Shown here: piece after piece, positions 25,984 to 39,292 of the stretch | Layout of the letters: every line of letters begins with the position of its first letter | How positions within the stretch are numbered: the stretch's first letter is position 1 | From: Octopus vulgaris | Taxonomy: Eukaryota | Direction: 5' to 3' | NCBI GenBank assembly: GCA_951406725.2 | Contig: OX597816.1 | Location: 100,936,001 to 101,000,000, forward strand | DNA length: 64,000 nt | The notes under the pieces: generated by a model | The model's input: the letters and a program-made list of their open reading frames with translations, nothing else | Told to the model about the DNA's origin: nothing | Databases searched by the model: none | Made by a program: the position numbers and the translations under genes

Positions 25984-26217
25984 TAGGCGGTGAGCTGGCA
26001 GAAACGTTAGCACGCCGGGCGAAATGCGTAGCCGTATTTCGTCTGTCGTTACGTTCTGAGTTCAAATTCCGCCGAGGTCGACTTTGCCTTTCATCCTTTC
26101 GGGGTCGATAAATTAAGTACCAGTTACGCACTGGGGTCGATGTAATCAACTTAATACCTATGTCTGTCCTTGTTTGTCCCCTCTGTGTTTAGCCCCTTGT
26201 GGGTAATAAAGAAATAG
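25984..26217 (+). mobile_element. SINE family A, full length and young-looking, with target-site duplication
   Basis: Complete head, core and tail. Flanked by ggtattaaattat on both sides. Confidence 0.9.
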
Positions 26218-27262
26218 GTATTAAATTATGACAGATTAAATCTACCACCTAAAAAAATTCACAGCGTGAATAGTCAGAATAAATTCTGCAATGTGTCTCA
26301 TTCAACGTTCTAAAAATTCTGACAATCTCTCAGGATTGGAACTTTATTTTATCGACTCCTAAAGGATGCAAGATAGAGTTGACCTCGACAAGATTTGAAC
26401 TCAGCATGCAGAGAACCGGAACCAGTTATTTTCCTCTACGCTGTAACTGCTGTCAAATTACCGCACACTGATGAAAGACAGGCGTCAGGATCATTATCAC
26501 GATGGACACGTGAGTACAGGTAGCAAGATTTGAAACACTGTCTGACTGTCCACCAAACCTACTGGTCTGACCATCGGTGGTCCTCTATTTTTCATATAGT
26601 AATGCATTACCTAAATCTGAACGTTTACTTTTGCGATAGCCGTACGTATGTGTGCGCACGAGTGCGTATGTGTGTGTGCACGCACGTGTTGTATATGTGT
26701 ATGTGTGTAATTTTTTCGTCTAAATTTGATGAAACTGACATAAAGTGGGACGAGAACCAATATTTTTAGCTTGGCAAGTAAAATAGAATACCTTGTCAGG
26801 AAGAGCATGAATTAAGTAATAGTTGTAGAAAGATTCGAGCCGACTACCATTAATTCGGCAACACAATCCTTCAAACTAATGAACATTAAATATAACTATG
26901 TTAATTTAAATTAAGCAAAGAAAATATTTTAATTAGGAAAATGACAAAAGAAAGCTGAGTGGAAGACACATTTACCATTTAACCTTGATCGAGTAGAGAA
27001 GCATAGAGAGCGAAGAATGCTGTGGAATTGTTTGTGAAACGTGGGCGGTGAAAGAGTTTAACAAACAACAAGAAATATGCCATCTTGATGAAATAAACCA
27101 TTCTAAACAGGTGAAATGTAATTAAGAGCTTTTATTCGTCGAAAAGAGTAATTCAATTTTATTCATGACTTATTTCTATGCTGCTTGAAGTAAACAACCC
27201 CTTTGAAACTTGGGTCTTGCAACAAACGCGGGTACATTAAGTTAGAGAGAATGCGAAAAGTA

Positions 27263-27297
<35 letters not shown>

Positions 27298-27566
27298 GGG
27301 GTGTCCGTGTGTTTAAAAGCAAGCAATCCCGACATGCAGCTGGAGATTCGATTAAAAACAACGAAATAAACAAGTCGACATACATGCTTCGCTAAGAGAA
27401 AACAAAGTATGCGGCTAGATATACTCACATAACTACAATCTAATAACGAACATATAAGTGTACACATCACTTACAAACATATAAACAAAATCACATTTTT
27501 TCAAGACCACATTTACATAGAGGTAGATATGCTGTTTACACCTACTCAAATCATATACACGCATTA

Positions 27567-27626
<60 letters not shown>

Positions 27627-27993
27627 GCAGGTGCATTTTCAGGCATGTGCACATACACATAAAACAGTACAGTGTTCATTATAAATTTATTTCCACGAAA
27701 ACTTCGTTAATGTTTCAATTCGAAACGTGATTATTTTGAAATTAAAGAGAAACATTAAATATTTCACGACTGTGTGGGCGGTTATTTTGGCTGTGAGTTG
27801 GTGAGTCTGGTTTGATTAAACGAAAACATGATGTATAGACTTTTCAAACGAATGCATTCTTCCTATATATTTAAATTAGACTCAGCTTCAATTCTTGGTG
27901 CGCAGTTGAGAAATTAATTAAGCTAAGATCGAACAATTGAATCCTCATCGTTGAACGATGAAGATCTAACACAATACACACACACACACACGA

Positions 27994-28048
<55 letters not shown>

Positions 28049-28103
28049 TCGAATCAATTTCACCTGGGGATAAACAGGGTCTTCAGCAAGTTAGAACTTG
28101 TAA

Positions 28104-28149
28104 CTTGCCTGATGATCTTGTGCACCCGCAGGCGAAACTTAGTTGCAAG
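28104..28149 (+). ncRNA. Minimal type I hammerhead ribozyme-like motif (decayed)
   Basis: CTTGC-CTGATGA-TCTTGTG-CACC-CGCAGGC-GAAA-CTTAG-TT-GCAAG. Stem I CTTGC/GCAAG is perfect and the core is intact. Stem II has wobbles and has lost its closing G-C pair. Confidence 0.6.
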
Positions 28150-30078
28150 AGACACACTCGAGTAAAATTGCTATTAATCTCTACTATGATATCTAGTTCT
28201 CTTTTTTCCGACAGTCAACACTAAACGGATATATGTATATCTCTGAAGGATATATATAGGTATACTGGTGCAAACAAGAAAAGTAGTACTCAAATATGAG
28301 TCACTGTTGTCTAACGATGAGGATTCAGTTTTTCGATCAAACTGGACTGCCTGTTCTTCGAATTAGTATGTAAGTGGGTGAGTATTCCGCAAAAAGGTAT
28401 ATACCCATAACGTACTTCTCAATCAGAATCAGCATGACGGAATGTGACAATGCTGTATCCTTTCAATTACAGTTACAATCCAACCGACTGCCTTCTGGAA
28501 AGTTTCAACTCACCCACTTTTATTAAAACGCTAGGCTATAGAAAGTGACAATTGCCTAAGGAGCCAGGCAGTCGAATCGAAGCCAGGACTTCGTGATTAC
28601 AATGCAAAAGTTTTAGATTTATTGATCTAAGGTACTTTTGACCGAGGAGATAAAAACAGGTCGAAACACCAGTATCTCAAAGTCCCCTTCTCTCAATGAA
28701 TCAGGTATGCTGTGAACACACATTGTTTGAAATGAGAAGTTGTTTTCTGTATACAAAACCCAACAGCAACTAGCAAATTCACTTTGGAATCTGTCAGAAC
28801 GTATTAAGAATGAATAAGTACGTCATTGAATGCTAGACATTTTTCTTGAAATTCTTGATAAGGCTGAAGCCAGATACGGAACTCTCCAGTTAGAATGAGA
28901 CGACTCATTATCAATTGTTTGGTTAAAGACAGCACATCAATTAATAGCTGCAATTTGGGTCTATCCAGTGAACAATGGCAAACTGTCTACTTTATAGTGT
29001 CTATTAAGAAGACTGCTTACAAGCTAGTTTAAAACTGCTGTTATTACTACTACTGCTCTTGCTGCTGCTGCTGTACTGCACAGCTGCTGATGCACTGCTG
29101 TTGTTACTATTGCTGCTTTGGTTGTCGTGTAGCCTCGGTCAGCTCCGAGCCAACAGACGTATACAAAAATCGAGTTGTTGTAGGTCATAAACTGTGTACA
29201 AATACATGTTTTGTTTACATGTAAAAAAAAAAATTGGTCTATGTAGATTGGTGGCGGGAAGGATAGCATTCAAAATGATGGGATGCGGCAGCTGAACATG
29301 CAAAGGAAAAAGAAAAGTGTAAAAAAATAAAAACAAGTAATGACTTTTAGCGATAGGTGAGGGACTGTAGTCAAAATGTAGGGACATTCATGGAACTGAA
29401 GACTATCGGTGGTGAGGTGGTAGGGATGGTGATGGTGAAATCACTTTGCTGCTATATTGATGGCCATGGTAGTGTTGCTGATGCTGCTTATCGTATAAAA
29501 GATGTGATGGTGGTGGTGGTGGGGGTGGGGGTGGGGTGGCGGTGGTGGTATTAGTATTTGAGGTGGTAGCACTTGTGGTTAAGGTAATAATTATGGTAGT
29601 AGAGGATGAAATGATGGATGGTGTGTTGGTAGTGGTGGTAATATTTGCATTTTTGCCGTGACAATAGGGTTAATTAGTTCAGTTCCATTCTTCCACTTAG
29701 GAACAACCAGTGAGAGGCACCCAGGTAATAATAATAATAATAATAATAATAACAACAACAACAACAATCCTCATTTTTTGCTATAGAACAACAACAACAC
29801 ACAAATGAACAACTATGTCCTCCGCAAGGAAACAACATAATTGCACACTTAAGTTTGGGGGTGGAAGAGGTGATAGTGGTGGTCATGGCGGCGGTGTGGA
29901 GGCTTATAGGTCAGAGGGCGTTGTGAATGAGATTTTGGCAAAGTGTTTGCCAAAAGGTCGGTCATAAGTCAGGGCATTGCTCCGTTGCAGGTCAGAACAC
30001 TGACCCGAAAAAGTAAAAGGATAAAAAGGAACTAAATTATATATTAAGGAAGTAATGTGATGTGTGTGTGTGTATGTG

Positions 30079-30134
<56 letters not shown>

Positions 30135-30619
30135 CGTGTGTGTGTGGAAAGTGAAAAGGAAAGTGAAGAGAAAAAAACTAAGGGAGAACATAAACGGTTA
30201 GAGTGAAGACAATTATAAAATAACATATGAAAGCTACTGTAAAAAGATGCCATTTTCAATACTAGATACACCACACACAATGACATACATACACATACAC
30301 ACACGCACACATACATACATACATACATACATACATACATACATACATACATACATACATACATACATACATACATACCCACACACAATAACTGGTGTGG
30401 ATACTCAACTCAGTTTTAGCACATACATGTACATATATGCATGTGTGTATGTGTGTGTAAGAAAGGGAGATGAAAATGAAAGAGGGAGAGAGAATGAGAG
30501 ACAGCGGGTGGGAGAGAGTTGGAGGGAGAGGGGGTGAGAGAAAGCAATTTATCACAGAAGGGTAATTTTATATCCAGTTTTTGATTAATTCTTGATATTA
30601 GTACTCGTACACTCAATCA

Positions 30620-31170
30620 GATCGCAGTCGCTCTAAATGTTAAACCTCACTGTCACCGAGGAACTCTCTTGATATAACTAGGACGACATCTCAAAGACTG
30701 GCACCGCTCTTCAACTTCAGAAAATAATTCAGCACCCCGATCCCCACCCGCCACCAATTGCTAATATTAAACAAAACTCGATGAGGTTTGCAATTGAGTA
30801 CTTACCCATTATCTGTGACGATGTTGTTACACACGCACAAAAATCCTAGATCGCATTCAGAGAATGGTCACTTGAATATTTTGGCATAAACCACTCTCAG
30901 ATAATATCTAGCTTCTGACTATCGGTGTACTGTCAACTCTCCCTATCCTTTCTACCGCTACTATAATGGCTTCTGTTATTCAGAGATAACTGGTCTTGTG
31001 CCATATTCACTCAAGACTCCTGACCCATCATTGTGACTCCCTATCATCGCTTATCTGTCCAACCTCTTAAGTCCATGGAAAACCATTATGCACAGTCATT
31101 TCTCTCTTTCCCAACGCCAGCTTTCTGAAACAACTTCCCTGCCTATACTTTTCTTTCCGGTTAATCACAA
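30620..31170 (+). mobile_element. Degraded CR1/L2-like LINE ORF2 C-terminal fragment
   Basis: Translates in pieces as ILDRIQRM and RCTVNSPYPFYRYYNGFCYSEITGLVP, matching the LDRIQ...FYRYY.G.CS.EL..L.P pattern of these LINEs. Confidence 0.65.
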
Positions 31171-31957
31171 ATGTCAGAGCAGGTTAAAAAAGAGGTCTCC
31201 GTTATGAAGTGCCAAAAGATTTCGTCGTACTTCTGCGATCTATTGTCACTTAAACGCCCTCATTCACACACTCCCAGACACACACGCACACAAACACACA
31301 CACACTCATAAGGAGGTGTACTAAACTCAGGCCCAAATCATTTAGAACAACTCTACCGTCTATGTATGTATATATAATGATAGACAGAGAGAAAGAGAGA
31401 GAGAGAGATTTCACGTTCTCCAGTGCCGAAATCGCTATGACTAGATAAAATCATGGCTGACAAAATGACTTTCTGCATGTCTGTACATGCCTCTCTCTCC
31501 TTCTCTCATTCTCTTTCACACATACACACACACACACACGCTCTCTCTCTTTCTTTCTTTCTCTCACTCTCTCTCACTCTCTCTCTCTCCATATATATAT
31601 ACACACACATACACACACGCGTATATATATGTATGTATATATATATATATATATATATTTACATAAACATACATGTATGTAAGTATATATATGTGCGCGC
31701 GCACGCGTGTTTAATACAATTTGCATATATGGTTTTGCTATATAATTCATTGAGCATAATACAGAAAATATAAACGAACCATGCTGGTTGTAAATGAGAT
31801 TTCAAATTTCACCACAAGCTCTCAGAATCAGCCGAAGTATTGTCATATGGATAATTTCTTGCGACATGTTCACGTTGAAAATGTTTGAATGTGCAGTGTT
31901 ATAGGCAGGGATGCAGATACACTTTGTTATATTCTATATTTAGTATTTAACTCCATT

Positions 31958-32168
31958 AAGGCGGCGGGCTGGCAGAATCATTAGTATGCCGGGCAAAATG
32001 CTTAGCATTTCATCTGTCTTTACGTTATGAGTTCAAATTCTGCAGAGGTCAACTTTGTCTTTATTCCTTTCAGGGTCGATAAAATAAGTGCCAGTTGAGC
32101 ATCGAGGTCCACGTAATCGAATTATTCCCTTCCTCGAAATTGCTGGCCTTGTTCCAAAATTTGAAACC
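31958..32168 (+). mobile_element. SINE family A with a long target-site duplication
   Basis: Flanked by agtatttaactccattaag on both sides. Confidence 0.9.
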
Positions 32169-33891
32169 AGTATTTAACTCCATTAAGTAAACAAATTATA
32201 TACATTTATGTGTGCCTGTCTGTGTTATGATGAACTTCTGTATAATTTCTGTAAACCAAGCTGCGTTCATTTAGTCAGCAGAAGATAAACAAAGAATACT
32301 TGGCCAAATTACTGCGCAGCAAGAACGAACCCAGAGCCAGGTGTTTGCGAAGCGAGCGTTTCTCATGCGTTTAATGCCATTCTAACACACGTGCAAGTGA
32401 CGTATTGAAGTAGATTCAGTTGTACCTTGTTATAATTGCTTTACATCATTTTAACCTGTTTAATTGTTGTTATATAAATTTTGGCCAACTGTGTAAATCT
32501 TCAATTTTTTTTTAGTTTTCTTAGATTTCATCGGCATTTTGTGTAAGACTTGTCACAACTGTGAAAATATGTCACATTATAACTATAATTTCAACAGCCT
32601 TAAAAATGAATTCTATTTCAGGAAATGTTTAAGTTAGGTGATATAACATCCTTCTTAATATGTTTATATGTCTGACAGTTGATTTATTAGCAAATGATTC
32701 TTGACAAAAATAGATGGAATTAAGTGTTATTTAAATGAACTTCTTGCTTAAACCATGCGTAGTAACTGACTTTTTTTTGCCTTTAGAATGATCGACAGTG
32801 CCTTACATTCCACAGAGTTGTCAAATGTAAACCACCAAAGCTATGTTAATCTATTACAGTCTAAACACGAAGAAAAAGGTACTCCTAAAATAAAACTGTT
32901 GGAATTCGTTCGCTTTTCTATCGTACAGCAGACAAAATAGATATCTTTAAAATAACCTGTTTGACAAACCACTCAAGTTTACTGAAGTGATTAGTTTTTA
33001 AAATCTTCAGTCTAATATCAAAATGTAAGAGAGGATAGCAATAGAGTTAAAGTAAATGAAGAAAAGAAAGAAAGAAATCAGTAAATTTTTTCTTCATCAA
33101 AAATGTTATGAAATCCAACAATACAGAATGGTTTCAGAATGTCAATCTTTGATTTTATATTATCTGGCCTCTAACTGGGACGAATCATTACCAGCAACAT
33201 GTACTTCCTCTATGATGTTATACTCAATTGCATGAAACCGAAGCTGAAAAATCTACGCCTCAGTCGGAGAAGTGCAAAACCATGACTGTATTCATTAGAC
33301 CCCAATATTTCTTTTAGCCATACCCAAGGAAGAGGTTGAACTTATTAAGTAGGCAGTTCTGATAATTACTGTCCCTACTAACAGATGGGAAGTGTAATAG
33401 TATTTGTCATGGTATTTATAGCTACATTTGTCTGGATATGAACCAACGACTATTTATTCGCTCTAATCTACCGGCTCAACCATCTGGGATTACAAAATTA
33501 CTTTATAACAATGTATCCTGACGTCAGCTGCCGTGTTGTTTTGCTTAGCCCTGTGGTCCGTGGTGGGAATATCTATTTAATTGTTGAAAGGGTTTCTCTA
33601 GGATCTGAGTCATCAAATACGTATATCCGAAATATAAAGCGAAAAGTGTGAGGTTCGGTACAGAAACTTGGGGAGCACCCCACTAGGATTACTAATTAGA
33701 TATAATATGGTCTCTCTTCCTCTCTCTCTCTCTGTCTGCACGCATATATTGTTACATAAATATGTGTCCCACAAACCCACAGCGACAAATAGAAAGTGCA
33801 ATATAATTATATATAATCATAAGCTAACTCACACTCTCACATACAATTTTACGTACTCAATGATATCGAGAAACACACACACACGCACACA

Positions 33892-33928
<37 letters not shown>

Positions 33929-34299
33929 GCGCGCGCATACACAGACAAATACACACACATAATGACATATTTACACACATTTATAGTACTGAAGCTCTGT
34001 CCAGGGACCGAAACCTAAGTATTTTCCTTGGAAACTATAAGTTGCTCTGACATCAGAATATTTCCATCAGTCATGATAATGCAATTGAATGATATTAAGT
34101 ACTTGATGGTTGCAGGCTGCAGAAGTGACCGAGAAACAGAATAATAGGCAGTTTGATTACCTCAGTGGGGCAAGTATGGATGGAACTCACGATGCACATT
34201 CATTTTACTAACAGCAAGCCATTCCACACTGAACTGTCCGTGGCTCCGTTGATATCTCTTACACCAGTTGTTTCGTTTAAAAATAGTAGATTCTCGTTA

Positions 34300-34632
34300 A
34301 GGCGGAATCGATTAAAATAAGTACCAATTGAGCACTGAGGTGGATGTAATTGACTTATTCCGCCCCCGAAATTGCTGGCCCTGTGCCAAAACTTGAAATC
34401 AATATATTAGATTCTTGTAAGGCAGTGAGCTGACAGAATCGTTAGCACGCCGGGGGAAATGCTTAGTAGCATTTCGTCCATCTTTACATTCTGAGTTCAA
34501 ATTCTGCCGAGATTGAGTTTGCCTGTCATCCTTTCGGGGTCGACAAAATAAGTACCAGTTGAGCACTGGTGTCGATGTAATCGACTCATCCCATCCCCCG
34601 AAATTGCTGGCTTTGTGCAAAAATTTTAAATC
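34300..34632 (+). mobile_element. Two tandem SINE family A copies (3' half plus full copy)
   Basis: aaaataagtacca.ttgagcactg...cccccgaaattgctggc occurs twice. The full copy (about 34419-34632) is flanked by tatattagattctt. Confidence 0.85.
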
Positions 34633-36156
34633 CCTATATTAGATTCTTATGATTAGATAGAAATGGATCGCTTAGAGCGTAGAATACAAGAAAGGAAATA
34701 TTTTGCTGGTTGTGCACCTCCCAATCACATTAACAGCGTAAGTGAACTGCCATGGCTTCATAAAAATCGAAATTTGTTTCACAGTGTTCTAAATTGCTAA
34801 TAAATAGATAACTATGTTTTTGGAGTAAGTAAAAAGTCAAATTCTGTGCAAGAGATTATAGCCAATTGAATTTAACCCAGTACCCATTTAACAACCCTGA
34901 CGTGTTGAAATTTGAGCTAGTAACTGTGAAATAAAGAACTCATAATGAAACGTAACATTCAACTCTTTTCCTGCTACATTGTGAGAAATAGATAATGATT
35001 TCCTTTTATTAAAGATAAAGCGAACCCTTACATGGAAGAGGCTACAGTCGACGAAATCCACTTGTATTTATTCTATCGATATAAGAGGAAAATTAAATTA
35101 AATACTATAAGGCATTTAGTTTGATACTCCACTATTTTTACTAACTAGTTATAATACTGTTGTCGATAATATTATTCTGTTTGACATGAAGTTGGAGTGT
35201 TACGCTTTAAAGAAACTTAACTATTGAATGAAAGCAACGGTCTATAAATTTAAGCATCAAATGAGAAATAAGATTATAGAGTGGTAGTTTTCATTATAAG
35301 TATCAATTCAGTTGATAAATAGCTCAGCGATAGGTGGCAAAATCGATAGAAGCCATGCAGTATTTAGTTACATCGACAATCCTTTACATAATTTTAGAGC
35401 CGATAAAATAAAATAGAATTGATGTATTATATTGTTCTCTTCCTTACAACTTGTACCTTGTGCAGGCTATGAAACGCTCTTATTTAGTTTTGGAGAGAGA
35501 CAGTCACCAAAATATTTCAGGCCGTTATCAAACTGGTGAGATTTATGTTAGTAAAGATCACTTAAAACTTCTGCTAGATAAGAAAACGGTGTGCTAAATT
35601 TTTGAAGGAAGAATTGGGTAAAATTGTGGAGATTTGAGGGATTACACACAGTAGAAATAATAAAATAACAACGAAAAGTCATGGGTTAGATTAGTGACTT
35701 TGATGTCTGGAAGCCATGCAGCAGAATAGTTAGTGTCAGAGTTAGTAAACTCTAAATGGGCGGGTGTCTGTTTTAGCCTTTAATTAAAACACATGGGTCA
35801 TATATGGTAGGGGGTAGACTGTGGGACCAAATCTTATTCCTAGGTTTCAGTGACATTGGCACATCTTTTATTGAAACGTAGCGTCAAAGAAATCGCTGCA
35901 GCATGCAGACACAATTGCAATAATCGTGTGCACCACCACTGCAAAATATATCACAGTCTACCCAAAACCTTCTTATTGTTTCTTGTTGTTATTGCTCATG
36001 TTGTTCTTGTTCTTGTTCTTGGTATTATTGTTTTTCTTGTCCTCATTTCGCTTGCTCTTGTTCTACTTTTTGCATCCCAATCTCTTTAGACCACACACCC
36101 ATGCGTATGCATGCGTATATAGTGAACTATATATAATACGCACATACACACAACCA

Positions 36157-36213
<57 letters not shown>

Positions 36214-36632
36214 TGTGTGTGTGTGTGCATGCTTATGTATGTTCATGTTTATATATACGCATAGACGTACACAGTTCATACATGTGTGTGTGCGTGTATG
36301 TATGAAAACGCACACACTCATACACGCATGCACATACATCACAAACGCAGACATAGATGTAGGACAATGATCTCAGACACCGGCCCACCGCAAGGATAAT
36401 CTGTCACCGCCACCATTTTGCCCTCAGCCATACCACTCATACCGCTACTACTATCGCTATCACCATCATCATCATCATCATGCTTTTTTTTATTTTTATA
36501 AGGTTATACAAAAGTGGGGCAGTATTTATAAGTGATACAGAACGCCATGTAAACATTTTCTTGACAAAAATTCAAACAGATGTGGTAATAGTGTGATAAA
36601 TTTGTTGTAATAGTGTGTGTGTGAGCGCGCGC

Positions 36633-36673
<41 letters not shown>

Positions 36674-37369
36674 TGTGTATGTGTATGTGTGTGTGTGTCT
36701 GTGTGTGTGTGTGTATGTGTCTGTCTGTGTGTGTGTGTGGTAGATAGTAGCATGAGATAATTGCGTGGTAATAAAGAGAGGGGCTAAGTTGTTGTTTCAC
36801 CCTAGATCACTTGATAGAGCAGACCTATGTTCAAAGGCGGTTCGAAACTGCACATCGAGAACGAACGAGATTTTATCTACGTGGACGTTGGAAATAGCAG
36901 CAAAAATCTTTCTCAAATCAGACTCTGCCGTCGTAATACAAGAACACACTTGTGGGATGGGGTAATTAAAGTATACAATAATAATGAGAATGATGAATCT
37001 AAGTGTTAATTTGTCATAACTATACGACAGTAACGTGATAAATGTTTGGTTATGGACAAAAGAATGTGATAAATTTAAGAGATATTGGTGGTTAACGAAT
37101 ATAGAATAATATACAATAAATTCATGTGATGATAAATAGCATATAAGGGACACTTGTGATAAAATGTATTGTGATTATGTCTAAGCTGAAACCACAGTCG
37201 ACCCTCATCTGCTGATGTTCGTTACAACTGTATGCAATGATCATGAAGTACAAATGTACGATGCAATGTGCATAATAATACTCAGTACCTCATTAAGGCA
37301 ATAAGCTAAACAAGGTACAGCCTGGGCTTCATAATCCGCTGGATCCTTAAAATATTTAAAAGGTATAAG

Positions 37370-37467
37370 GCGTCGACAAATTAAGTACCAGTTGCGTACT
37401 GGGGTCGATTTAATCGACTGGTCTCCTTCCCCAAACTTTCGGGCCTTGTGCCTAGAGTAGAAAAGAA
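37370..37467 (+). mobile_element. 5'-truncated SINE family A with target-site duplication
   Basis: gtcgacaaattaagtaccagttgcgtactggggtcgat...gcctagagtagaaaag, flanked by aatatttaaaagg. Confidence 0.8.
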
Positions 37468-39177
37468 TATTTAAAAGGCATATATGTTAGTGAGACGTTT
37501 TGCGATATATATATCCAGGCTTCATATAGTTTATGTTTCACTAAGTGTAAAATGAGTGCTGGAAATAATGCTTGTTGTAATGATACTTTTGAATTGGCAC
37601 ATAGCTCAAACAGAGAGAAAGGATCATATTCGTTTGAATCGACTACAACATTTCCAGTATCTATTCAATTCTTTGATCTTGGATATATGAATGACGAAAC
37701 TGTTCCCGGTGGGATCTGAACTCCAAAAGTGGAGGTGTGAATCTAAATATTTCTAAATATCTAAACTTCTCCACTAGTGCTTTTATGAAAATATTTCGTC
37801 ACTTTGGTTCTCTTGAACGATTGTCTGGCATATTGAAGCCTCCATCTCGAAACTAGCTCCCGCCAAAAGATACATTATACTACTTTACTTATAGGAGAAA
37901 CACTTTGCGTTTTATACATATCACTTGTTTAATTCAGGGAAATCGTCTTGAAGCTAATCTATTCGTTAACAAGCAACAATAAAGAAAGCAGTAACTGTGT
38001 AGCTTAATTTACGTTTGGAAAGCTGAACAAAGTGTGAAGGGAAAATATAGAGAAAAAAAAACATGCTTAAAACCGACAATAAAAACGATGTCATAAACTT
38101 TTGGCGAATCTGACAGCTGTTCTCATCTTGAAGTGTTTAATTATCTTCCATCACAATCAGTGTTGAGTGCATGGCTACTAGATTGGGCTGTAAGTGGCAA
38201 ATTACGCTGCTCTTCAAGACTAAAAGCTGTATTGTACTACTTTCGATTGAAAAAATTTAATTTTTAAAGGGAAGGGCCCTATTAGATGTTATATTAGATT
38301 GTCAACTAAGCAAATTAGATTTGTCCCACAGGTAATCGTTTTGGATTGCTTCCTAAAATTCGCTACTTTTGAGAATTTAATGCTACTTTTTATAAAATTG
38401 AACAGGTAACAAATGTCTAGTTGGCCATAAAAGCCTTAAACCACGACAGATGTTCGCAACACTTACCTGCAAGATATAGTATCCAAATTTACAACATTAC
38501 ATGTTATGTAAGATCAATTAATACTAAGTAACCTATGTGGTCATGAATCCTTTTAATCAAAAGTATTCTCGTTCAGTGTTGATCTGGGACTAAAACAACA
38601 ATAACAATATTGCTACAAGTCCTTGACACTTCAGTGAAGGTGTCCGCTAACCTCATCAGAAAAAAAATGTGAGATATGATCTCCTGTAAAATTACAACGG
38701 TAACAACAATAGCAAACACTAAGATCAAGAACGACGACGATACCACAATTACAACTAACAAAAGAAATATTAGAAATAACTTCTACGATACTAACAACAA
38801 TTAAAAACAGAGAAACTCAATTTTGCTAGGTATAGAAAAGTGTCGTTGAAAAGTGAACTAAAGGAAATAGCATTTCGCAAAACGAGGGTCAGTGAATAGA
38901 TAAATAATTGGTTTCAATTGCTATCAACTTTCAATATCCAACATACCTACCACTTTCACCATTTGCATTAGTACTGTTAATGGTCCAACGAATCACTAAC
39001 AACATCGTTATCACAACATTGTCACTGATATTTCTCACATCTCTGATTGTTAGAATGATAACAGAAGCAATAATATAATGCTTGCCTTCTATCCCTGCCT
39101 TCACCTATATCGCTATATTATCGCAATACTATAGCTATGGCCGCAACTTCAAATAACTAATACTATAGCTCTGACGC

Positions 39178-39292
<115 letters not shown>

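Noticed and set aside
27021-27050. Plus-strand CGIVCETW resembling the A-chain GIVCE
   Set aside because: No CC-x3-C-x8-C follows; chance match.
36765-37153. Overlapping ORFs including QEHTCG
   Set aside because: Wrong strand for the insulin gene, stops right after the motif, and overlaps a dispersed repeat fragment.
37070-37244. Minus-strand frame MIIAYSCNEHQQMRVDCGFSLDIITIHFI as a candidate B-chain exon
   Set aside because: It has C...CG but lacks the B-chain Cys about 12 residues after CG, has no convincing signal peptide, and runs to a stop with no suitable donor.
38461-38470. Consensus donor CAG/GTAAGT on the minus strand (a similar one lies at 63527-63534)
   Set aside because: The upstream sequence has no insulin-like open frame. 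It might be a non-coding exon, but this is unsupported.
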